From NCBI GenBank assembly GCA_027021445.1, contig JALUUH010000235.1, positions 7,646-71,645 of the forward strand: a stretch of DNA of 64,000 nt. The letters are read 5' to 3'. This DNA is from Gammaproteobacteria bacterium. GTDB lineage: Bacteria; Pseudomonadota; Gammaproteobacteria; S012-40. Positions 19,336 to 29,726 of the stretch are shown in pieces (position 1 is the first letter of the stretch; each line of letters begins with the position of its first letter). A program made the translations under genes and the position numbers. The notes under the pieces are model-generated. The model was given only the letters and a program-made list of their open reading frames with translations. It searched no databases and was not told the origin of the DNA.

Positions 19336-19818
19336 TTGATCGCAGAAGGAGCGATTGTGGATATTTCTCGCATTTATCGTGCTATGAAACGCATTCCTTA
19401 TGGTACGCAAGCATTTTCTAAGCTAATTTGTTTTAAGGCTCCTTATTTTGGAACGATATCCCCGCATATTACACATTTGCATGCTAACCAAGTAGTGATT
19501 GAATTTAAAAAACGCCGCCGAGTCCTTAATCATATTAAGACGGTGCATGCTATTGCTTGTTGTAATGCGGCGGAGCTTGCTGCGGGTATGCTGATGATGG
19601 CGGGCTTGCCGCGACATTTGAGATGGATACCCAAACATATGGAAGTTTCTTATCTTCGATTAGCCACGACAAACTTAACTGCGACGGTCATATTGATGGA
19701 CTGGAACGAAGTAGAGCCGGGCGATTTGAAAGTCAATGTAGATGTGGTTGATGAAGAAGGTGTTAGTGTCGTGGATGTGGTCATCACTATGTGGATAAGT
19801 GAAAAATGGAATTCATGA
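19336..19818 (+). CDS. Hotdog-fold thioesterase (DUF4442-like)
   Basis: KAPYFGTI, NHIKTVHAIACCNAAE and RWIPK motifs. Confidence 0.85.
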   Translation: MIAEGAIVDISRIYRAMKRIPYGTQAFSKLICFKAPYFGTISPHITHLHANQVVIEFKKRRRVLNHIKTVHAIACCNAAELAAGMLMMAGLPRHLRWIPKHMEVSYLRLATTNLTATVILMDWNEVEPGDLKVNVDVVDEEGVSVVDVVITMWISEKWNS

Positions 19819-19876
19819 ATCTAGGTTATGAATACACTTGCTAATGATTGTAAAGACAAAGGATGTTGACAATCTA

Positions 19877-20503
19877 ATGTATATTAAAAAAACTCTATTG
19901 TTACTTTTTAGTTTGCTGATTTGTCTGCCGGTCTTTTCGCAAAATGTTAATCGAGCGGCTTCTTCGTTAGCAGGCCCTATTGGAACGGTTGTTACACCTG
20001 TTGCCAGTGTTGTTCCAAATAAATCCGCTAATGTGGGAATTTGGAAAAACACCGATGATAGGGGTTTGAATAGTTTGTATCTCTCTTATGGGCTAAAAAA
20101 CTGGTTGGAAGTTGGGCTTAATAGTACGTTGCTGGATAATAGTAAAACTGATTTTTTATTTAAGTTAAATAGCAATGTCATTCCTATTTCAAAAAAACTA
20201 CCTACGCTTGCTTTTGGCGCGGACAGTTTTGATTCCTTTATTGTTGCCTCTTATTCAATTTATCCGATTATGTTGTCCATCGGCGGAATGCTGAATGAAA
20301 ATAATATTTTTGCCAGTATCAATGCGCGATTGTCCAGGCAAATACTTTTACAAGCAGAAATTAAGGATACTATAATCGGGCTAGGGATTAGAGGGCAGCT
20401 TAATAGATTACAGTTAAGTTTATTGTATCAAGATGATAACGATGCAAATAGTACGAGAGAAGGGCGATGGTTTTTGGGCGTTTCCTTGAATCTATACCCG
20501 TAG
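19877..20503 (+). CDS. Outer-membrane beta-barrel protein, YjbH-like
   Basis: Signal peptide from MYIKK; G.IG.V.TP.A N-terminal motif; amphipathic strands. Confidence 0.6.
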   Translation: MYIKKTLLLLFSLLICLPVFSQNVNRAASSLAGPIGTVVTPVASVVPNKSANVGIWKNTDDRGLNSLYLSYGLKNWLEVGLNSTLLDNSKTDFLFKLNSNVIPISKKLPTLAFGADSFDSFIVASYSIYPIMLSIGGMLNENNIFASINARLSRQILLQAEIKDTIIGLGIRGQLNRLQLSLLYQDDNDANSTREGRWFLGVSLNLYP

Positions 20504-20555
20504 CGATTGAGACCTTTGCGTGTTTAATTCTTACTTCGCTTTTTGTCTTTGTTTC

Positions 20556-21635
20556 TTATTCGTTTTTTGCTGTCTCCCATTGTTTTCTTTTTTTCTTCTT
20601 TTTTGTGGCAGCTTGACCAGATGTTTTAACATTTTTAGGGCCGGTGTATTTTGCCTTTAAGTCAGCAATGGCGCGTGGTTCGAATTTTCGTTTTAGGTAG
20701 CGTTCGACGCTTGCTTTGAGGTTCCATTCCATAGGGCTGATTAAGCTGATTGCTAAGCCCTTACGTGCCCCTCTACCCGATCGGCCAATTCGATGGGTAT
20801 AGATATCAGCACGTTTTGGCATGTCAAAATTAACCACTAAATCGATGCCGGATATATCGAGCCCCCGTGATGCGACATCGGTGGCGACTAATACCTTTAC
20901 ATGCCCCTCGCGTAATATTGTCATTACACGCTTGCGTTTTGCTGATGCTACTTCGCCGTGCAGTACGGCAGCTCTTTGTTTATTGCTGGTTAAGGAGCCG
21001 CAAAGTGTGTCGGCTTTATCCCTGCTATTAGTAAATACGATTGCTTTTTCATAAGTTTCATTCGCGAGCAACCAAAGAAGCATTTTTATCTTGTGTGTAT
21101 CATCATCGGAGAGCATGACTTGCTCGTGAATATTGCTGGGTGCTGCTCGTTCAGCGGTGATAATCAGTTCGTCTGGTTCGCGCATGATCTTCGTAACAAT
21201 GCTTGGTAAGTATTTATTGTTTAAAGTGGCAGAAAATAACAAGGTTTGGCGTCCGGTATTACAAGCATTTGCGATTGCTAATACGTCATCTGAGAAGCCC
21301 ATGTCGAGCATTCTATCGGCCTCATCAAGTACTAATATATCCAAAGCGCTTAAGTCAATTATATTCAGTTTTAGATGCTCTATTAGTCGCCCGGTTGTGG
21401 CGACAACAATATTTGGGTTGTTGAGCAGTGAGATGGTTTGCTGTTCAAGATCTTCTCCGCCTGATACTAAGCAGCTTATTAAGTTGGTGTGTTTTTTTAA
21501 TATTTCACACTGGGCAAATATTTGCTGGGCAAGCTCACGTGTGGGCAACAAAATAAGCGCGCGTACACCTTCGTTATTTTGTCGTGTGGTTAAAAGGCGA
21601 TTAAAAATGGGTAATAAATACGCCAGTGTTTTACC
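20556..21635 (-). pseudogene. DEAD-box RNA helicase (SrmB-like), 5'-truncated at Walker A
   Basis: PTRELA, DEAD, SAT and HRIGRSGR motifs; frame extends upstream only to GKTLAYLLP (21635); Q motif and start codon missing. Confidence 0.85.
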
Positions 21636-21786
21636 GCGGTGATATTTTTTTAAACCACGTTGGCGTATTAGCTAAGTCGATATCGATGCGTTCGTACGGA
21701 ATGTTTTTTTCTTCCAAAACGATGACCGAGCGCTGCACATACGAACACAGTGCGTGTGAGATCAGTTGCAGTGTATGTTTAGGCAT
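21631..21786 (-). pseudogene. Glutathione S-transferase N-terminal fragment
   Basis: LISHALCSYVQR...EK.IPYE..DIDL...WF..ISP then stop; GKVP and the C-terminal domain are absent. Confidence 0.85.
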
Positions 21787-22210
21787 ATTTTGCTTTCTCG
21801 GTTTGCAATTCCTCGCGTGTGCTCTTGATGGCGTAACGTCCGTCGCCCAGAAAGATTTGCACAATTGCAGCCATGGTCAGAAAAAGCGGATATTCCCAGC
21901 CACCATTAGGATTGCTAAATAACCACCCACTCCCTGCGTGAGCCCAAGTAGCACCGAGTAAAACAGGAATTAATAAGGCGGCAAACCAGCGAGTTTTGAA
22001 ACCGAGAATGAGTGCAATTCCTGCGACTGCTTCAATGGTAAATACGATGTATGCGAGTAATTCAGGCAAACCTATCGACGCAAAAAATGCGGCAGTCCCA
22101 GGTAAGGTGAATACGAATAACTTTAGGTATAAACTGTGTGCAATCAATACGATACCCAATGTTACTCGCAATATTGTAGCGCCTATATCAGGCTTTAAAT
22201 AATCATTCAT
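21779..22210 (-). CDS. DoxX family membrane protein
   Basis: LRVTLG, AHS..K and GGWEYP motifs; four TM segments. Confidence 0.9.
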   Translation of the reverse strand: MNDYLKPDIGATILRVTLGIVLIAHSLYLKLFVFTLPGTAAFFASIGLPELLAYIVFTIEAVAGIALILGFKTRWFAALLIPVLLGATWAHAGSGWLFSNPNGGWEYPLFLTMAAIVQIFLGDGRYAIKSTREELQTEKAKYA

Positions 22211-22249
22211 GGCTTATCTCCTTGGTTAAGTAAGTCGCTATTATTAGCC

Positions 22250-22306
22250 TTGCGATAATGCAAGTAAATTGGCAATATGCGCATATTGATTTTGCAATAA
22301 TGCAAA
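22250..22306. promoter_or_regulatory. LysR-type operator palindromes in the divergent doxX/lysR promoter
   Basis: TTGCGATAATGCAA (22250-63), perfect CAATATGCGCATATTG (22273-88), TTTGCAATAATGCAAA (22291-306). Confidence 0.6.
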
Positions 22307-22316
22307 GGGCGGGATT

Positions 22317-23186
22317 ATGGATTGGAATTCATTAAAAGTTTTTTTGGCGATTGTCCGGCAAGGATCTTTGGCAGGGGCAGCAAAGGACCTAGGTGTTAAT
22401 CACTCAACGGTGTTCCGGCGGCTGAACAGCTTAGAGCAAGCGTTAGGAGGGCGCTTATTTGAGCGTTTCACACATGGTTATCAGCTTACTGCGACGGGTG
22501 AAGAGATATTGGATCTCGCGTGTAAAATCTCGGATGAATTTAATGAGCTTGAACGTCGAGTACTGGGCAAGGACGTGGAGCCGAGAGGTACGGTAAAACT
22601 TACTGCACCGAATAATATCGCCTACCATTTTTTACCGCGTTATTTGGCTGAATTTAGCCTGCGATATCCGGAAATACGTATAGAGTTATTGGTGAGTAAT
22701 CTAGCGTTCAATATGAGTAATCGCCAAGCGGACATTGCAGTACGGGCGACGCTTAAACCACCAGAGCATTTGGTAGGTCGAAAGTTGCGTGATATCAGTT
22801 GGAGCGTGTATGGGAGTGTTGCTTATACTGAGCATTCGCCGTTACCTCTTTGCCTGGATGATTTGGCGGATCATCGCTTGATTGGTGGCAATGGCAATAT
22901 GATCGATTTGCCGGCATTTAGTTGGCTGGAAAAAAACTATTCGCAACAGATTCATGTACGCTGTGATGACTTGGTTGCCATGTCTTATTTTGCGGAAGCG
23001 GGACAAGGTTTGGCTTTTTTGCCCAATGATCAACAGCGTTCGGGTCTCAGGCGTTTGTTCACCTTTGATCCTGGTGAGCTTAGCAAGCTGTGGTTGCTCA
23101 CCCATCCAGATCTTCGAAATGTCGAAAGAATCAAGTTAGTAATGCGGTTTTTAGCGCAGAATTTTGCCGAAGATAAACGACTATGA
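22317..23186 (+). CDS. LysR-family transcriptional regulator
   Basis: MDWNSL...GSL.GAA..LGVNHSTVFRR HTH; substrate-binding domain. Confidence 0.95.
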   Translation: MDWNSLKVFLAIVRQGSLAGAAKDLGVNHSTVFRRLNSLEQALGGRLFERFTHGYQLTATGEEILDLACKISDEFNELERRVLGKDVEPRGTVKLTAPNNIAYHFLPRYLAEFSLRYPEIRIELLVSNLAFNMSNRQADIAVRATLKPPEHLVGRKLRDISWSVYGSVAYTEHSPLPLCLDDLADHRLIGGNGNMIDLPAFSWLEKNYSQQIHVRCDDLVAMSYFAEAGQGLAFLPNDQQRSGLRRLFTFDPGELSKLWLLTHPDLRNVERIKLVMRFLAQNFAEDKRL

Positions 23187-23212
23187 GTGTTTCAGTTCAT
23201 TGTCATCCCCTA

Positions 23213-23238
23213 CCTACTGACATAATGCTGTCAGTAGG
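23213..23238. promoter_or_regulatory. Palindromic operator resembling HTH-WYL (YafY-like) binding boxes
   Basis: CCTACTGACA-N6-TGTCAGTAGG perfect 10-bp inverted repeat 52 bp upstream of a DNA repair gene. Confidence 0.6.
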
Positions 23239-23290
23239 GTTCTTATATAATCCTAATTCTATATTTTTATACACAATGGAGTGATCACCT

Positions 23291-24418
23291 GTGCCTGAGC
23301 CGTTTAAGAACCTATTTAACAAAAAACTTATCTGTGGCATGGCGAAGCATTTTGAAAAGCAGTGGCCCGCATTTAATGCAAAGCGCTTTGTGGCTGATGC
23401 ATCGCGTGATTTTCACGTGCTTGAATTAAAGCAGCGTTCGCAGCAGATAACAGATGCGATGATTAAACATCTGCCAGATGATTTTGAAAAATCCGGGGCG
23501 ATTATGTTAGCTTGCTTGGGGCCGGATCTTGGTGATGATCTATCATTAGGTGCAGTGAATACTGATAACATTTCGGGTTGGGCTGTTATGCCGATGGCTG
23601 ATTATGTCGGTGAACTTGGGCACGATTATTTTGATCTATCAATGACCTTGCTTAAGAGTATGACGAAGTGTTCTTCTTCCGAATTTGCGATTCGGTTTTT
23701 TTTAATAGCATCTCCTAAAAAAACATTGGCAGTATTAAAAAAATGGACGCAGGATGATAGTCAACATGTTCGGCGTTTAGTTTCTGAAGGAACCCGGCCG
23801 CGATTACCATGGGCGATGAGATTGCCCGTGTTTATAGAAGACCCTTTACCGGTTATAGCCTTGCTCGAGAAACTAAAAGATGATGAAAAAGAATATGTGC
23901 GACGTTCAGTTGCAAATAATCTGAATGACATTTCAAAAGATCATCCTGATCTGGTAGCAGAAATTGCGCAGCAATGGATGGTAGATGCGAGTGACCAACG
24001 CAAAAAATTAATTCGACATGCTTGCCGCACCTTGATTAAAAGCGGGCATAAAAAAGCATTACGAGTACTAGGATACGGCGCACCTAAAATTGCGGATGCG
24101 AAACTCGAGATATCAACGCCTATTGTGGAGTTTGGTAATGCCTTGCAGTTCTCGCTATCCATTCGTTCGACTTCTAATAAAAAACAAGCCTTAATGATTG
24201 ATTATGTGATTCACCATCAGAAAGCAAATGGCAAAACAACAGCAAAGGTTTTTAAGTGGAAATCCATCACTTTTCCTGCTAAAAAAACACTGGTGTCAGA
24301 AAAAAACCATGTCATTAAAAAAATAACGACCCGTGTTTATTACCCAGGTGAGCATTCAGTAGAGGTAATGGTGAATGGAGTATCTGTTGGCATGAAAAGC
24401 TTTCAATTATTGATGTAA
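23291..24418 (+). CDS. DNA alkylation repair protein (AlkC/AlkD-like HEAT repeats plus C-terminal Ig-like domain)
   Basis: SSEFAIR, HVRRLVSEGTRPRLPW, YVRRSVANNLNDISKDHP, TTRVYYPGEH motifs. Confidence 0.9.
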   Translation: MPEPFKNLFNKKLICGMAKHFEKQWPAFNAKRFVADASRDFHVLELKQRSQQITDAMIKHLPDDFEKSGAIMLACLGPDLGDDLSLGAVNTDNISGWAVMPMADYVGELGHDYFDLSMTLLKSMTKCSSSEFAIRFFLIASPKKTLAVLKKWTQDDSQHVRRLVSEGTRPRLPWAMRLPVFIEDPLPVIALLEKLKDDEKEYVRRSVANNLNDISKDHPDLVAEIAQQWMVDASDQRKKLIRHACRTLIKSGHKKALRVLGYGAPKIADAKLEISTPIVEFGNALQFSLSIRSTSNKKQALMIDYVIHHQKANGKTTAKVFKWKSITFPAKKTLVSEKNHVIKKITTRVYYPGEHSVEVMVNGVSVGMKSFQLLM

Positions 24419-24718
24419 ATACATCGAACAGACTGAGCTATTGCGAACAAGTCTGATTGCGTAGATTTCCCGGTCAAGCTCGTTCAATATAGCTGGAAGT
24501 TTCAACAAACGCTGGATATCTTTGATAAAGCTTATTTAGTACACAGTTTTTTATTGTAATCAACAATATAACAATGCTCTGTAGCGGTTAACTGCGGAAT
24601 GAAGAGCGCGATTAATTGAGCAAAATGGAGTTCCAATACTAATCTTAGTAATTAGCAGGCGATCGTATTACAATGACTCATGGTTGGGTTTTTTTAATTG
24701 CTGGTTCAATAGGTTATT

Positions 24719-24747
24719 TAGGAGTCTGTTCTCAGACAGCCTCCTAG
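24719..24747. repeat. CTAG-flanked MITE/REP-like repeat copy
   Basis: TAGGAGTCTGTTCTCAGACAGCCTCCTAG, near-identical to 42487-42516. Confidence 0.7.
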
Positions 24748-24823
24748 TAAGTATATCTTAATCAAGATGATTATATTTTGTAATGGGCAAAATACCTCAT
24801 TACGCTACTTCAGGAGAAAATCA

Positions 24824-25396
24824 ATGAATAAATTGGGATTAGGAATAGCAAGCGTGTCACTTGCTATCATACTAGTGGGTTGTGGTAGCAAAGGTGTTCA
24901 AGAATGTGTGTTTCCAGATTCGCCGGACGTTGAAGCACCAGGGTGGGTGTGTGATTTCCCCGTGGATGGAGTAGAAGTGTCTGCTACCGGCTCTGCTGGA
25001 TTTTCGGGCGCTGGTCATGATTTTATGAAGCAAATGGCGGCAACCTCGGCGCGTGTGCAATTAGCACAACGTATGCGGGTACAAGTTCAAAACATGATAA
25101 AGCAGTTCGCCGGAATCACCGGTGCGGCAGATGCTGAAACTGTTGATTTGGTTAACGCTTCCGTGACTAAACAGATTACCGATGAAAGTTTGGTTGGAAC
25201 GAAAATATTTCGAAGTTATTCAAACCCTACTACACGCGCACTTTATGTTCTTGTTGGTTTCGATGAAACCGGGCTAGAAGCAATGACTAAGGCGGCCTTA
25301 AAGACCAGTATGAACAATGAAAAAGCGTTGTGGCAAAAGTTCCAGGCGAAACAAGGGCAGGATGAGTTAGCCGCAGATATTGCAAAAATGCGCTAG
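24824..25396 (+). CDS. LPP20-family lipoprotein
   Basis: CAGGAG RBS, lipobox LVGC, EAPGWVC, ARVQLA motifs. Confidence 0.85.
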   Translation: MNKLGLGIASVSLAIILVGCGSKGVQECVFPDSPDVEAPGWVCDFPVDGVEVSATGSAGFSGAGHDFMKQMAATSARVQLAQRMRVQVQNMIKQFAGITGAADAETVDLVNASVTKQITDESLVGTKIFRSYSNPTTRALYVLVGFDETGLEAMTKAALKTSMNNEKALWQKFQAKQGQDELAADIAKMR

Positions 25397-25449
25397 GAGC
25401 CTGTCCTAGAAGGCAAGCTCTGGAATGAGACTTATTTTCGGACACCGCC
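25393..25449. repeat. Degenerate copy of the CTAG MITE family
   Basis: CTAGGAGCCTGTCC overlapping the stop codon; degenerate right arm TTTTCGGACAC. Confidence 0.5.
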
Positions 25450-25460
25450 GTATATAATGC

Positions 25461-25491
25461 AAAAAGGTCTCTCAATCGAGAGACCTTTTTT
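25461..25491. terminator. Bidirectional intrinsic terminator
   Basis: AAAAAGGTCTCTC-AATC-GAGAGACCTTTTTT between convergent genes. Confidence 0.85.
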
Positions 25492-25523
25492 GTACGAGAA
25501 TATTTTATCTCTCTATACGATTC

Positions 25524-26969
25524 TTATTTTTTCCCCAACAAGCCTAAAGCTATCTGTGGCGTTATATTAGCTTGTCCAAGCATGGCAATTCCTGCTTTTT
25601 GCAAGATCGTTGCACGAATGAGTTCGGCCGATTCTTTTGCATAGTCAGTGTCTTCAATACGGCTGCGAGCGGCTGATAGATTAACGGAATAATTTTCCGT
25701 ACTGCGCACAGTTGATTCAAATTTGTTTTGTAATGCACCGAACTCGGCACGTTGCATCGCTACTCTAGAGATTGCTGCGTCAATGACTGACAGTGCTTGG
25801 TTCGCCTGGTCTACGCCACTAATATCGATATTTGCAACTTCCAATAATTGCGCTGATTCAGAAGCATTTGCGGTTACAGCTCCAGCCGTGCTAGCGGTGG
25901 TGAATGATTTGTCTGAGCGAAAGGAAACCTGGCCAGTGGCTATCGTTGTATCTGCCGTAGTGTCAGCGGTTAGTGTTTGGCTGCTTGCGCCCGAGCTTAC
26001 GGTTACATCACCGGCGTTTGCATTTGTGGTGTCACTGACGGTGATGCTTTCACCTTCATAATTGGTGAGCGTGATGCCGGATCCGTCATCATTAACGGCA
26101 GCAATGACGCCGGTTGAACCGCTTTTTTCATTAACAGCGCTGACGGCCTGCGAGAGTGATTCTACGCCAGTTGTGCTATCGATTGAAAAGTTGACGGTTT
26201 CTGTTGTTCCATTATCAGCTGATATATTGAGCTGATAATTCCCAGCCGTATTAAAGCTAAGTGAAGTTTCTGTTATTGCTGAAGCTTCTACCCCCGTTTG
26301 TTCAGCGGCTTGATTCACTGACTCCGCAATTGCTTTAGCAGAATCACCGGCGGCATAATTGACACTTACTGATCCGCTAGCACCGGTAATGTCGATGCTA
26401 CCACCCACGGCGATGCGGTCTGTTGCGGCGACCGAGCTTGCTTCTCCAGAGAGCTGAAAATCGCCATATTGATCGGTGTTAAAGTTTGCGGTAGTTGCGA
26501 CGATGGTGTCATTAGCATTTGCACCGACTTGAAAGAGCGCTGTTCCGAAGCTTCCATCTAGTAATTTTTGACTATTGAATTCTGTTGATGATGCAACACG
26601 ATTTAGTTCGGAGCTTAGTTGTGCGGCTTCTTGTTGTAAAGCTCTACGGTCAGATGGGGAATTAGTTCCGTTAATTGATTGCACGGCGAGTTCGCGTACA
26701 CGTTGCAGCATACCGCTGGCTTCTTGCAGAGCGCCTTCGGCGGTTTGCGCGAGTGAGATGCCATCATTGGTATTGCGAATAGCGACATTGTTACCGAGTA
26801 TTTGGGTTGCCATACGTGCCACGATGGCGAGTCCTGCGGCATCGTCTTTTGCGCTATTAATTCGTTTTCCTGATGACATTCGCTCTAACGGTGTTTTTAG
26901 ATTATCACCTATGCGGTTTAGGTTTTTTTGCGCATTCATAGAGGGGATGTTTGAATTGATTTTAATCAT
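25524..26969 (-). CDS. fliC: Flagellin
   Basis: [47 protein letters not shown] and SRIEDTDYA motifs. Confidence 0.95.
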   Translation of the reverse strand: MIKINSNIPSMNAQKNLNRIGDNLKTPLERMSSGKRINSAKDDAAGLAIVARMATQILGNNVAIRNTNDGISLAQTAEGALQEASGMLQRVRELAVQSINGTNSPSDRRALQQEAAQLSSELNRVASSTEFNSQKLLDGSFGTALFQVGANANDTIVATTANFNTDQYGDFQLSGEASSVAATDRIAVGGSIDITGASGSVSVNYAAGDSAKAIAESVNQAAEQTGVEASAITETSLSFNTAGNYQLNISADNGTTETVNFSIDSTTGVESLSQAVSAVNEKSGSTGVIAAVNDDGSGITLTNYEGESITVSDTTNANAGDVTVSSGASSQTLTADTTADTTIATGQVSFRSDKSFTTASTAGAVTANASESAQLLEVANIDISGVDQANQALSVIDAAISRVAMQRAEFGALQNKFESTVRSTENYSVNLSAARSRIEDTDYAKESAELIRATILQKAGIAMLGQANITPQIALGLLGKK

Positions 26970-27154
26970 GCCTAATACCTTTGGGATTGCTTAGGAGCGA
27001 AAGTCTCGTCCATGAACTCAGTCAGTCTTGTTTAGGCTTTCGGATAATGAGAGGTTTGTATGAGTGCAAATACTTGAGTTTGTGAACAGGCGCACATTCA
27101 GGCAGTAATTAAAGGGTAAAAAATACAATAGCTTACAATGTAGGTTGTTGTTTT

Positions 27155-27181
27155 ATATCAGCTGTTCCCGCTAAGCGTGGA
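27155..27181 (-). promoter_or_regulatory. Possible sigma-28 promoter for flagellin
   Basis: TCCA-N15-GCTGATAT on minus versus consensus TAAA-N15-GCCGATAA. Confidence 0.35.
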
Positions 27182-27272
27182 ATAGGTCACTGTTTTGCCG
27201 TAACTAGTGCCAGGAATGGCCCATGGAACGGCAAAACAGTGACCCATTCCTTCGTAAATCTAGTTAGCGGGA
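27165..27272. repeat. Long inverted repeat upstream of flagellin
   Basis: Perfect 17-bp arms GGTCACTGTTTTGCCGT (27185-27201) / ACGGCAAAACAGTGACC (27228-27244), plus outer TCCCGCTAA/TTAGCGGGA. Confidence 0.8.
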
Positions 27273-27291
27273 GTTCCTGATTTTATATGTT

Positions 27292-28323
27292 TTAATGGCT
27301 GGCGAAGCCGATCAATGTGTCAATTAGCTGATCATCCAGTAGCTTTCCAGATTTGTTAATGAGGCGTGATCTGGCGCTCTGTTCTTCTCTAGCAGATTGC
27401 TTTATTTTCCACTCATGCGAGCCTTTTACGCTGTTATCCGATGAATTAACCAGGCTGATTGCTAACAATGCTCGTATCCAAATCCAGCCGTCTTTGGTAA
27501 ATGGTTTATTGTCTCTTAGGGATACTTTGAGTATGAAGTCTGAAGCTTCGCCAATATCCGCAAGAAACCCGGCTTCTCCTAATACGCCGCTGGCATATTC
27601 CATAAGTTTTTCAGATTCGGTACCTGTACTACTTACTGATATTTTAATTGAGCGTTGCAGCTTATTTAATTGCGCATCAATATCGCTGGCTCCAACAGAG
27701 GAGGCGATTCCTTTTCCAGTCCGATTTACTACCCGTAAATACTCATTGAGTTCGGATCTGCTACGAGCATGTTTTTTCGCTTTTAGCAGTAAGCCGAGGG
27801 CGTGAAAGGCATCTTGGCTATTCGTGGCAGAATCAATAAGACTCATGATTTGGTGGTTTTTTTCGTTGATATCACCGCGTAAATATTTTTCTGCAATTTT
27901 TCTATCTAAGGTGGCAAGAGAATAATATTCTTTTGATATGGGATCTTGCCAGCTTTTTTCGATATTAATGCCTTGCAGTTTGACTTGGCTACGTGTGCGA
28001 ATTTGCCTATCTGTTGTCGATGAAATATTTTCTGATGAACCCGAGCTGTTTTTACGTTGCTCAACTTCAAGCCTGGTTGTTAAGTTCGAGCTAATTGAAA
28101 CCTTGATGGATTTTCCAAGATCTGATCTTGCCGCATTGGATGCTTTGTCTAGCGTCGAACCTTGTCCAACGCCTAGGAGGTAAAAATCTCTTGGAAACTG
28201 TGAGCTTTCACCATTAATCCAGGCCGGGCGTTTTGAATTTTCACCGGTACTCGCGCATCCAACAAGCCAAGAAAAAACAACTAAAATAGTCAGCAAAAAA
28301 GCAAAATGTTCGGTTGTTTTCAT
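27292..28323 (-). CDS. LPP20-domain lipoprotein
   Basis: Lipobox LVGC, RPAWI, YLLGVGQG...A...ARSDL. Confidence 0.8.
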   Translation of the reverse strand: MKTTEHFAFLLTILVVFSWLVGCASTGENSKRPAWINGESSQFPRDFYLLGVGQGSTLDKASNAARSDLGKSIKVSISSNLTTRLEVEQRKNSSGSSENISSTTDRQIRTRSQVKLQGINIEKSWQDPISKEYYSLATLDRKIAEKYLRGDINEKNHQIMSLIDSATNSQDAFHALGLLLKAKKHARSRSELNEYLRVVNRTGKGIASSVGASDIDAQLNKLQRSIKISVSSTGTESEKLMEYASGVLGEAGFLADIGEASDFILKVSLRDNKPFTKDGWIWIRALLAISLVNSSDNSVKGSHEWKIKQSAREEQSARSRLINKSGKLLDDQLIDTLIGFASH

Positions 28324-28377
28324 TTTTAGTATTTCCTTTTTACGATGGCCTTTCCAGGAGTGTATTTATTTTTAATG

Positions 28378-29652
28378 CTATCGACTAGCAGCAACCCAGT
28401 GGTAAGTTTTATAGGTTTTTTGGCGTTTTTTAACACGAACATTTTCATAGCTTTGAGTTGCGATGACGTCGTTATCGCTATTTAATAGTTCTACGCTAAC
28501 ATCATAAGTTCCGGCATCAATGGGTATCCTCGCTAAGTGAATATTTTGCGGCAAGGTTACCCAGCTTCTGGTGTCGGCGCGTTCGGAAACAAAGCCGAAA
28601 ATATTTACAATCAAACCCATGATTGGATTTGCATCGCCCACCTTACCAGCCGTTTTATCTTTAATAACAGCGCGTGCAACGGCTCTAGCGGTTATCAGCG
28701 GTAGTTGTTTATCCAACATATAATTCGCAATTTTTTCAAGGTCTTCAGTGATTTCACCTGAAAAATTTTTGCCATCTATTGTGACTCTAATTTGGCTAAC
28801 ATATGTGGGTTTATTTTGGTATAAGGGCACGGATATTCTTATTAATCGCCCGGTTTGCGGGGACTGGGCATTAATCGCATGTTCGCTTTTTATCGGAACG
28901 AGATTGTTGTTAACAATTATAACGAGTTCACCCTTTTGATTGAGTTGCTTGCTGTTGGCAAAGGAAACTTTTTGGAAGCTTTCTTGATATTGATCATGTT
29001 CATTATCAAAGCCTAGCGCATCTGTTAATCGTAACAAATCAGCTTTTAATGCATTTGGTTCGGATACGGCGACATCACTATTTTTTATATAACTGTCGTG
29101 TGATTTTCGATAAAAGACGAGTGCGGAATCTTCTTCGTCTAAATCCTCGAATATCATTCCAGTCAAATATCTTGAAAATGAGTCGGCAGCATAATCATCC
29201 TCGGGTAATTGTTGCATGAGTTCGTCAATCTGCAAGGCTTCAATTCTCGCCCCGTCAACATCATTCAGTTCTAGGTAATTGAGGGCTTTATAGATATGCA
29301 ACATGACTCTTTCATAGCTTTCGCCTACATAGCTTCGTAGGCTGTCATTGACAACGAGTGCGCTTGCTTGTTCACTAACGCTAATGGCTTCAACACGTAA
29401 TATTTCAGCTTTTGCGGCTTCAAATACATTATTGCTGGCCTCAAATTCCCCTTTCATTCGGAGCACCATGGCTTTGTTCATCATATAAAGGACTAAGTCA
29501 CGTTCTTCACCCTTATTTTTTTCTATGAGTTCAAGTGCGCCATCGTATTCACCCTTTGCAAGCTTAGCTTCTATAGGTTTAAAAGAGTCCGAGTAGGTGG
29601 CGCATCCACTAATAACTATTGTGAGTAAGATTGAAAAAAATAAACGTTGCAT
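28378..29652 (-). CDS. COG3014-like TPR lipoprotein
   Basis: Lipobox ISGC, Y.GESYERVM...Y.ALNYL, ARIE and ERADTRSWVTLP motifs. Confidence 0.85.
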   Translation of the reverse strand: MQRLFFSILLTIVISGCATYSDSFKPIEAKLAKGEYDGALELIEKNKGEERDLVLYMMNKAMVLRMKGEFEASNNVFEAAKAEILRVEAISVSEQASALVVNDSLRSYVGESYERVMLHIYKALNYLELNDVDGARIEALQIDELMQQLPEDDYAADSFSRYLTGMIFEDLDEEDSALVFYRKSHDSYIKNSDVAVSEPNALKADLLRLTDALGFDNEHDQYQESFQKVSFANSKQLNQKGELVIIVNNNLVPIKSEHAINAQSPQTGRLIRISVPLYQNKPTYVSQIRVTIDGKNFSGEITEDLEKIANYMLDKQLPLITARAVARAVIKDKTAGKVGDANPIMGLIVNIFGFVSERADTRSWVTLPQNIHLARIPIDAGTYDVSVELLNSDNDVIATQSYENVRVKKRQKTYKTYHWVAASR

Positions 29653-29726
29653 GCCAAAGTCCTTTATTTATTGTTTTTAAGTAATAGCTCTACCATTTCG
29701 TTTTTGGTTAATTGAGCAAAAAATTT

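Noticed and set aside
21631-21660. Programmed +1 frameshift at the A7 run giving a GST-helicase fusion
   Set aside because: The product would lack the helicase Q motif, most of Walker A and the GST C-domain; a deletion or misassembly is simpler
27197-27213. Sigma-54 promoter TGGCAC upstream of flagellin
   Set aside because: GG to GC spacing is 11 rather than the required 10
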